From NCBI GenBank assembly GCA_000934665.2, contig KZ538250.1:1-64000 (forward strand): DNA of 64,000 nucleotides, given 5' to 3'. This document shows positions 54,253-64,000 of the stretch, piece after piece. Under the pieces are notes generated by a model. It saw only the letters and a program-made list of their open reading frames with translations, was not told the DNA's origin and made no database searches. The translations under genes and the position numbers were made by a program. The stretch is from Catajapyx aquilonaris (lineage: Eukaryota). Numbering within the stretch: the first letter of the stretch is position 1; each line of letters opens with the position of its first letter.

Positions 54253-55956
54253 GTGAGTCACCATTCTTCTACTATTCTGGGGTTGTACTGTCTACAGTGT
54301 AATCTGGCTCAATGTTGGATATATGACGCCACAGCTACTTAAACATAAGTTGGCAAGGAAAATGTTGTTCGCCAGTACAGTACTTGCGCCGCGAGTCTGA
54401 AATGAATGTTGCAGGATGCCAGTGAATTCCAGTAGAATGAGGAACTGACTCATTTTTTTTTTACGGTTTCATTACTTTGCATCACGGCTGCTATCGAAAT
54501 TTTCCACTAGTTTGATGTTGATAGTGGGCTATGCATACAATAACATTAGAAGTTTGTTCAGAGGCATGTAGGGTACCTCATTTATTTTCGAGTACATTAC
54601 ATGCAAGGTTTGACACCGGGGCTAACATGTCCATATTTCGGTTTGATAGAGATTTATTATTGTAGTCTTTATTTCAGTCAAAGAATAATATTTCATATTT
54701 AACGACATATAAAAAACTACATATTGCATTAATGTGTAACCATTATGCTTATCATGAGGCATCTAATTATTAAACTCATTGTTTATCCTAGAAGTTAGTG
54801 TTGCCCTGCTTACAACAAATGAGTCAAATACGTGCATTTAAAAAACTTTCTTGCAATTAGCTCATATGCATAGAATGCGTAAAATGACGTCAAGCTTTGG
54901 ATGGAGACCTTTGCTCTGCTGCTGTACTATAGAGAACTTTTAAAGTATAAAGATAAGTCGTCATGACTACTTCAAATTACGGTAATACTTTTACATCTTT
55001 CACATCACGTGCGTATAACTTGTGAATTTGGGCTAATTTTATGTAGACTATAAACAATATTCGAAGTCTTTAATTTCCTTTTTTGCATGATGACCTATCG
55101 CTTAAACTAAGACGATGAGGATTTTACAGAGATTATCTGCCTTCACATCCGGTTTTTACTGGATATAAAACGAGACCGATAAAAGACCGGAAAAATTGAA
55201 AATACCACCCCATATTATTGTTCACGTGTCCATAATCCGGCGTGATCTTGACTTGTAGGATAACCTCCGCATAGAAGTAATGAACTTCAGCCTTCAGTTG
55301 CTCTTCATCCTGGAAGTTGGCCAACCTATATACTCTTCCCTTGACCGATTTTGAACACATTTGAGTGATGACCGTCAATCTATCTGTAGGGAGTGCTGTG
55401 AGCAATTCTGCGAAATTTCCTTGCGTGCGTGATACTGCAGTTTCCATCTATTTTACCGGGCCAGTGAGTTCGATTGATAAGATTAGCTCTAACAAGCAGA
55501 AAACTTTGATTTCAATGGTGAAATCCGCTTCCTCGGAACGTAAGCATAAAATCTTATGGAAATCGCGGAAATCACAGTTCCGCCAAGATACATTTGGAAA
55601 CTTGGTTGCTCCTGCGGGTCCCCTCGTCGATGATTGTGGGGATGTACTGCCTGCAATGTAATTTTATAAGTCATGTAAGGAAGTCCAACTCCATATTCAC
55701 ACTCTCATTTGACAAGTATAGCTTAGTTTTCTAACCCGTTTCACATTCACAAATTTTTGGATTGTAGCGTCATTATGTCAGCTAACAATCTGCCTACACA
55801 GTTGACTGAGCTGATAAGTTCAGTGACTTTTTGAGACATCTAATGACTAGGTTGCTTTGTCATTGCGTAACCATTTTTATCTGTAGAACAACAACGCTAA
55901 GCCGTCATTGCGGGAGATTACCGAGTTGCGACTTCAATGTAGGTTTACTGTACAGT

Positions 55957-56395
55957 ACAGGGCAGGGTGTGGAAAAATAACGTACAGAAACTTTGAGGGA
56001 CGGTATAGTAGTTGTAGGAGATCATTTTATGCGTATAGAAGTCGTGTGTCTCCGCAGTTTAGTTGCCGAGATAACTGACATCAATGAAGATTGCATTATA
56101 CTATATATTCTGTGTCTTGGATATAGCTTATGACACTTCCATCGCCGCGGTCATTGCCTATTACTACTATTGAGATCGCACCTTACGTTATAATATGCAC
56201 GAATGAAATAGGCAAGGTCGCACGGAGTGACGCATACCTGCCAGGATATTTTATACCTTTGCATGAAGCCAATAATTTATCTGGGTAAGTATAGGTTGAG
56301 CAGATCAACAACACCCATACATAAAAACGATCACCTAGAACCCCTGTACGATCTTCGAAAATTCATTCTGTGAGTAATTTTTCCATGCCAAACAT
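55957..56395. mobile_element. Decayed mariner-type MITE with degenerate TIRs of about 75 bp
   Basis: Left CAGGGTGTGGAAAAATAACGTACAGAA...TAGGAGATCATTTTATG aligns loosely with the reverse complement of right CATAAAAACGATCACCTAG...TTCTGTGAGTAATTTTTCCA. Boundaries are approximate. Confidence 0.5.
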
Positions 56396-59300
56396 ACAGT
56401 ACTATCACGCCCACGTCTGAGTAAATGGCATGAAGAAGCTAGCTATATGGAAACCCGCACGACACGTAACCTTTCAGATTGGAATTTCAACCATTCTGAA
56501 ATGAATGCTGGGAATTAATTAACATTTTTCATGAAAAGTGCTGCACTTTCTCATTGTTGCTGCAATGATAACATTGGTATAGTAAGCACAATCTATTTTG
56601 AACCTATTTTTTTTACAAAAATACCACCAATATCGTCTGAAAATAACACGGCCGCAAAAAAAAACTGGAAATTATGCACCTCATAGCCTCAGAAAACTAT
56701 AGGTCGCTCTAATGTACACACACCTTACATATTCATATTATGCTCTTGTATTAATTAATCCCGTCAGGTCCTAGCTAGAAGCTGCACCGTACACTAATTA
56801 ATATCAGGCTCCTCCCAGTTAATCTAGTTACACCTGTAGTTATACATGCAGTCCTAGCTAGATTTCGTGCATGGCATGGTGTGTGCCTGGCCAAGATTGA
56901 GGCATGTCCTCGGCCTTCATCACGTGCAAATCGTCCACTTGGAAAGGACACTTGAACGCCGGGCTGAATCTTCCTTCTGGAACGGCTCAAATCAAATAGT
57001 TCGCGTTTTGCCGAGAAGCCCCCCTGCTATCAGCAGCGAACCATCGGAATCGGATATTGACAGACAGGCGCAATTCCACTGCATGAGCGCCTTTTCTTCT
57101 GAGAGGAATTTCAATTACGTATCGGGATACTTAACTGTGATGGAGATTCGATGGTATCTAGAGCCCTAATACAGCCATCTTCGTGCAAGTGATGAATTCA
57201 CTTGCCTACTACGCTTAGGGAACTATCAGGGGAGACGTGATGTCACGTAATGTGGAATATAGATCGATGGATGGTTGCTCCACTTTGGGATAGGTGGTGC
57301 CTCTGAGCCGGTCAAGTGCCGTCTAGTGATACGTGAGTGAACTACTGCTTTCGTGAATAAGGAGGTGTAATAAAAGGGCCAAGGTTGATGTATTCGCGGA
57401 CAGGTGGCGATGAGAGCGCTTAATGATGCTATAAGCGCACTTTGTCGGCATGATAGTGGTGTCATCTTACAGTTCCTTCATTTCACCTGGTCAAGAGGTG
57501 GCTAATTACAGGGCAGGTAGACTACTCACGTCATTCAGTCCCATGTTACAAGGTTTCGCCAGTGCAGTGGGTACTTCACAAAGTGTACCTGATGCGAAGC
57601 AGTGAACATTTCCTGCACCTGTTTCCCTTGCGCCGCATCGCTACCAACGACCATCTCCACTTTATCCAGTGTGCTATTTTTTGTAACATCCGTGGAACGA
57701 TTGGGTCAATATGTACAGTACTCGGGAACAAAAAAAAAACACTTAATCAGCGTGTTGTTTTAAATGTCCGTGCATCAAATAACCTGATGGCAAAAATCAA
57801 CTGACTAGTATGTCTCACTGAAAAATCATCAGTATGGAGAGCAGAGTGGTGAAATTTCCCTGGATGTTGCTTGTCCAAATACAATAGGCATGCAATCGAA
57901 CCGTGCGCTTATTCGTCTCCCTTTAAAAAATGAACCGCGCGTTGCTTCCAAAACAAACAGAACAGAAAAGGTAACTGTAATCAAGATCGTGCTACTGGAT
58001 AGCCTCACCTTCAAAGGTCGGGTGGAGCGATTGGATATTAATCTCTTCATCAAAACTCGGCTAGGAAAACGCTGTTCAGTTTCATGGTCGATCCTTTTAC
58101 GCTGCTAAAAGTGCAATTGAGAGCAACTGTACAGTATATGTTTAATTGCGGTCAGCTGTTTCGATCTCACGAGGAGAAATGGCCAGTTCAAAACCAACCA
58201 GACACGAGAATTGGTCCTTCGAATTGGATAGTACCCTGGATAGTATGCTGGGGATCAGAAAAATTACTTTTCTTCAGTCGTTATGTCTTTGTCAACAACT
58301 TGATTTCGCTTGTCTCGTACAGCGGAGTTATCGCTGAGTTGTTCAGAATTGCACAAACTTTGGGAGGAATCTGTAATGTTCTGCAGTACCGTATGCTTTC
58401 ATTCCTACATGAGGGCTTTAGAACTAATTTCAATTAGTAAAAGTGGTATAAAAAGCCAAAACTAACTTGAACGAGGGTTCCAGGGAGGAGAATAGTTTGA
58501 GAGTCCAATTAAGCTGGGTTTAGTATTTAATCACAGATATGGAGGGCTTATATTGCTCTGTTTGGATAAGCTATATTTGTAACCGATATACTGTAACATT
58601 AATGATTTCTCAATAAAATAGTTGTTTTGGTAATATTATGTTATTAATAATGCTTCGCTTAGTAACGCAAATAAATCAGCTGAATAAAACCTGTATTTTT
58701 CCGCATAAAAATAATAGTTTAGATATTTTCTGGGAAAATAACTTTGACATTACAGTTCTCTGAACCCATACTCGTTTCAAAGAATGGTGCATATGCATAC
58801 CGCACGAGTATATTGTTCGTCACCACAATCCTTAGATACCGTAGTTTGAACGAACATTTCTTCAAGGCCTGCACCATAATACAATAGCATGAGATATGAC
58901 AATTATAGGAACTGGCAATAAGACCAGCTTCGTCTACATCTTGTCCATATCGGGAAAAATGACACCTGATACACCGAATCGCTCAAGTAAGGAACCCCTC
59001 CTCTATACGTCTCCATATAGTCGTCCTTCCAATTGAATGACGGCAGCACACAAGATTTGTCTTAGCAACCTGGTAGTGAAAGCACCTTGGTCTCGGCCAT
59101 TTAGTCGCCTCACGCGGCTGATCTTGACAACCAAGAAAAAAACAGAAAAAAATGAGAAAGGATGGCGCAAGAAGGCTGCTTCTCCTTTAAAAAAAAATCC
59201 AGTGAGCCAGTGGCGAAAAAGAAGCTGAAAATATCTGGCCACCGGTCCATGAAGTTAGATCTGGTTGGCAAACAGTGGACATTTTGATCTTCCCACCAAC

Positions 59301-60770
59301 TAACCAACTGCAGTTTCATGCTCCGGGAGTTAACATGTCACGGCCTACCAGCAGGAAACAACATGAGACTTGCAGAGCACACCGCAACACAACATAGCCC
59401 CCTGAAATAGTAGGGAAGGTGAAAATTGGAATTCTCACGCTTTGATTCTGCTGGCTGAAATGCACCGTTAGTCAGACTAGCTCTATATGAAGGTCTCTTG
59501 TCTAGAAGTAATAAGGCAGAGAATGATTGCAAAGGACGCCGAGATGGAACCCCCCCCCCCCATGAAATTGGTTCAAGGAGATACGTTCATTTCCTGATAG
59601 TTGCTCTAGATTGTGCTTTGATTTGATGAAGAGAAGAGTGACCAGTGATTTGCGTGGGTTTATGCCACCCTTACGTGACGGAAAATAATGGGGTGGGTGT
59701 TGCTGTAAATTATCTCGTGACATAACGAATCGTAAAGTGCCAGTCATGATTCTCGTGTCGTGTCACTCGGGAACAGGCGTTTGCGCAGGCATATCACTCC
59801 GAAGAACCAATCTTGTTGAGTTGGATTTATGGTGGTGTAACTTGCGATGTTTCTGACTGCCACAAATGTAAAGTTTTAAGCGAAGCACATGATTATCTAT
59901 GCAGTTTATAATCATACTTGTTTGTGTATAGGTCATAAAAATATTGAACATATTTTTAGTATTATGAAGAATTTCTAATTGGATCGTGCGGTTTCATTAG
60001 TCACTCCGTAATTATAATTATGCGTCAGCTGCTCAAAATATGTTATAGGCTATTCAAAGGCACTTTTGAAAGTGTAATGTACTGGCGTCTGTCAAATGGA
60101 CCGATGTATTCACTTTGTATAAGTTCCGGTGCCAAACATTTTCAAACCCGAATGGCATATGTCATCAGAGTACACCAATCATTACCACATGGGCGTTAAA
60201 CAAAGAAGAATGAAGCAATAACAACTGTACTGACGCCGACTAATAAAGGAGACACTTCCTTTCATTAATTATTAATAATCATGCAAACAATTACCTATGC
60301 TAGTATTTTACCAAAACATTCCATGTATAAGTCCGTAATCACTATAACGGCTATTTGTTCGAACCAATTTGAAGCTCAGCCTTTCTTATGAACAATATTC
60401 ACCAGGTAAACATACACCGAAAGCATATTAACATGTCTGATTAATAGACGGATAATTTGAAAGTGTAAATTTGATGATGTAGCCTTTTTTACTGAATGTG
60501 TAGAATGGAACCATTTAATTTGCCCTACTTATGATTTATCATGTGCGAATATTCTTCTGCGCAGTGCTGTTGATATCCCCCGATAAAACCGGATTTGAAA
60601 CTGGTTAGAAAGGTTGTTGACTTCCATTTCTTAATTTCTCATTAGAAAGGGGCAGCAATGCAAATGAGCAGCAGCGAACACTTTTAATACTTGTTTGCAT
60701 GCTATTTTTAATCATGATATTGATGGCGGAAAATTGGACATAAACCTGAACCATCTTGTTTATCTTTCAG

Positions 60771-61044
60771 ATGAGAACTATTGCGAAATAGTGCGAGAGC
60801 TGGAGCCTTATAACGAAGGCCCACGCCTCCTGGACCTGATGGACATGGCCGTACTCGACTTCCTGATGGGCAACATGGACCGTCACCACTACGAGACCTT
60901 CCGAGCCTTTGGAAACAACACATTTCCATTGCACTTGGACCATGGCCGAGGCTTCGGACGTCCCTTCCATGACGAACTGTCCATCCTGGCGCCCATTTAC
61001 CAGTGTTGCATTATGCGTCATTCCACCTTGACTAGACTGCTCAA
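60771..61044 (+). CDS. FAM20C: FAM20C exon (274 nt): catalytic loop and metal-binding motif
   Basis: ctttcag|AT...CTCAA|gtaagt; [91 protein letters not shown]. Contains catalytic DRHHYE and the DFG-equivalent DHGRGFG. Confidence 0.97.
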
Positions 61045-61821
61045 GTAAGTTTGTCATTTGCCAGACCTGATCACATATGAGCCAATCTGTTGTGAGGGTC
61101 ACCTGCCTCTATCCAGGTCCTCGACACTGGAGGAAGAGGCACAGTCGGAATGTCGCGATTACCGAGAGGGAAATTCCTGCACTGCTGGCGTGCAGCCTGA
61201 ATTCCCAGGGTCTACTTGGGGCATTATCAAAGTGGACGGGTTTATCCGGGCACCAACCACTGTATATGGAAAACAGGCGGCTGAATTCAATTCTCCCAAG
61301 AACGTACAAGTAGGACTAGCGTCGCCTTGGCTGCCGACGAAACGGGAATAATATTCACAGATTGTAATGAGAAGTGAACTTAGGGTTCCCAAGGAAGCCT
61401 ATATTTTCCAGACAATTTGCACGGAAGCGACAGCCTCCGCAATTCGGCCTCGTGTCACTTCAGCTTCAGAGGCAAGGCGAAAACTTTTCGAATGTCGACG
61501 TCTTTCTCACCGTGCGCTCCATTATAGCGCTAGAAGAGGGTACAACTGTCACCCAGTCTGGCGTCGCTTTTACGCCCTTTTAACTTATATTGCTTGCTTG
61601 ATAAGTGGATGGTTATCATCATTAGCAGATGCTTGCTGCCGGGATATTTTTAGTTTCTCACAAGACTCCCAAGTCGCTGAGTAAAGACAGTATGTTTGGG
61701 AGTTACTGCAGCTGTACAAGTATTATAGTGTCGATTCTGTGTAATGCGAGGTGTTTGGACCTAATCCTTGAATTCATTTTTCTGCATTTATTCCCAAACT
61801 GAAAGAGTCATAAATTGCATA

Positions 61822-62028
61822 TCGTAAAACGGGGTGAGATTGTGCCATGTGAGGTGAGATTGTGCAATCTCATTTTTGGACAACAGTACGCCTTACTGGC
61901 AACAAGCGAATTTAGGCATGTTTCACTACATTGAGGGATGGTCAAGGTTGGCAATGACGAGTAAAAATCGCGGTAGGGCGCACTGTTGTCCAAAAAATGC
62001 TCTGGCACAATCTCACCCCAATTAATGG
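61822..62028. mobile_element. TA-flanked MITE (pogo/Tc2-like ends), about 207 bp
   Basis: TA|TCGTAAAACGGGGTGAGATTGTGCCA ... TGGCACAATCTCACCCCAATTAATGG|TA. The core GGTGAGATTGTGC is tandemly duplicated in the left arm, and TTTTTGGACAACAGT/ACTGTTGTCCAAAAA is a further inverted match. Confidence 0.75.
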
Positions 62029-64000
62029 TATTTTAAATAAGAGACCTCTCTGGTCCTTAGAATTTGTATAGTACTCAATTCCTGCGGATTTTGTCCAAAT
62101 TATTCCTCTCTGCGAAGGAAAACATGTTTATAGTGAACTATATAGATTGAACTCCTACGCGAAATGTGTAGCTATAGGGGGCAACGTAGGTCATGTGAGG
62201 TTATATCAGGTACGTTTTGCATATGGACAACAGGCCATGATTATAGAGTACGCTGGCCTCGTCACTGTATATACCTGCCCCCGATTTGTTTTGCTAAATC
62301 CCATTCACATCCTGTTGTGATGGGGTGACACGTAAATTGGCATCGTCACTTTTTTGCCATCTGCTGTTTATCCTACGCATAGGGAGATCCTTAATTAGGG
62401 TGTTTGTGCCATAGCTTGTCAGCGAGGCACGAAGACGTCGTTGACCCGCATCATCTAGTGGAGCTATGGTTAAAGAAATGAGATGCAGGAGGCAAATTCA
62501 TTTCTTAGCGACGCGGAATATGAATGCGTGAAATGGCAAATCTGATTCTCCAATTTCCGTCTAACCATTATCCAGGGGAAATTAAGGAATTTAATGTGAA
62601 TATCCTGCTTGACTTTCCTCGTATAATTTGTCACCTTAGCATTTACAGGAGTAGAGTATTTCTGTGTTCCTCATTCCGCATGCGCTAACAGGCTCTTTTC
62701 ATACATAATGGATCCGTGTCTGCAGCCAGGACACCGCGTCTGCATGTAAATCCGCAACCCCCTTCGTATCTCCCAGGTATGCAAATGAGTAATTAAACCA
62801 GTTCCGGGATATTACGAGAATTGCAATCTCTCTCGGTTGCCTGGCATGGCGACTGAAACCTAGAGACTTCAAAGCCGGCGACCCCAGTTTGTTCCTTCCT
62901 CCCCTCCCCCCGCCCATTTCTATCCACCCCACTTATCTACTTACATAAGCAGTCCGTGGTGCAGGGTGTGCCATAAGTTTCCTTACCACAGCCTCCGAGT
63001 AGGGTCGCAACATGGGAAGGCGAGTGACAACCGTGAGAAGGGCTTGACCTTATGGCTCACCACACCTACGGATATGACGCGATTTTGACGGGAATTTTGC
63101 TGATGAACGTGCATGTTGCCAGGGGCGAAATTGTTTGAAAAAATAATTAATTCATGCAGAAGTACGTGATTCTCACACAATTTGCGTGCGACAAAGGTTA
63201 TTTTTACGTACGTGAGACTTGGCTGTAATTAGGTCGAATTTCTTAGTTAAATACAGCTCTCAAAGGTCTACCCACTTGTTGGAAAACGGCCATCCTTTGC
63301 CGCCTGCTGTGTGGTTCCAATATGAACCTCGGCTCTCGGTGCAATATATCTAGTAGGATTTGCGATGACGTAAAGGTGAGCTCTCATCGACTCTCCGTTG
63401 GTAGAATGGTCATACCTGCGAACAAAAGCTCTTAAGTCCACTGCAGTAAATTGATTTTTAGGCCATGAGCCATGGGCTGAAGGGGAGGCGCTTTGCTACA
63501 CAGTATTCGGTGGTGCACTTCCTGACGAGAAGAAAAGTGCTTTTATAGCCCGCCTAGGTTTGGTCGTGACAATAATACGTTCAAGTTCTCTTTCTTTTCT
63601 GGTTACCGTGTACTAACACCGAGTGAAGATAGCAATTTGCCAGTTGTTGATAGGCTGATGCTAAATAAGTCAGTTACTTCCGTTTTCTGTTAGTACTTTA
63701 GCTTTTGGATAGCTATATTAGTCAGTTCAGTGCTCCTGGATACACCCCATTGTAACATTTTGTCGGGAATGTTCGTTATAACGGACTTTCCCGCCAAAAT
63801 ATTTAGCGGTATACAGATTTCGCTGAATATTTGCACATTTCATTTATGCCCTGCCTGTTCTGTAATCCCGGTAACTGGATCATGTCAAACGGCTTAGGTG
63901 CACTCAAATTATTGCGAAGAAATCTTTCCTGATGATCTAACGTAACGTGGATGAGCGCACAGCCTGTTTTCATTCGCCATTGGCTGCAATGGCAGAAAAT

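Noticed and set aside
61045..64000. Search for the terminal FAM20C exon (expected L-S-x-x-M/L...DP...L...H...LDRR segment)
   Set aside because: Not found by eye; presumed to lie beyond the window end.
1..64000. Prokaryotic-type systems (CRISPR arrays, operons) and autonomous transposase or reverse transcriptase ORFs
   Set aside because: The sequence is intron-rich eukaryotic DNA; no repeat-spacer array is present and no ORF exceeds about 150 aa or shows DDE/RT motifs.

Overview
Eukaryotic (most likely arthropod) genomic DNA, mostly intronic. Five GT-AG-bounded, phase-compatible + strand exons (29147-29274, 32819-32897, 38750-38842, 53948-54252, 60771-61044; 879 nt) encode most of the kinase domain of a FAM20C-type Golgi/secretory-pathway kinase. 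Its first and last coding exons were not found in the window, and a candidate stem-region exon lies at 16489-16590. The main discovery is a complete two-exon gene on the - strand (CDS 14383-14330 joined to 13419-13111) that the ORF track missed. It has a TATA box, initiator-like site, signal peptide, 910-nt intron and AATAAA. It encodes a 120-aa secreted protein with an acidic pro-piece, a Gly/Arg/Trp-rich cationic core, one Cys and a Thr/Ser-rich tail, and is probably nested antisense in a FAM20C intron. The rest is non-autonomous DNA transposons (TA-flanked MITEs, a hAT-like element with an 8-bp TSD), perfect palindromes, a tRNA-like element, a 30-bp minisatellite and microsatellites. All calls were made by eye; no database searches were run.
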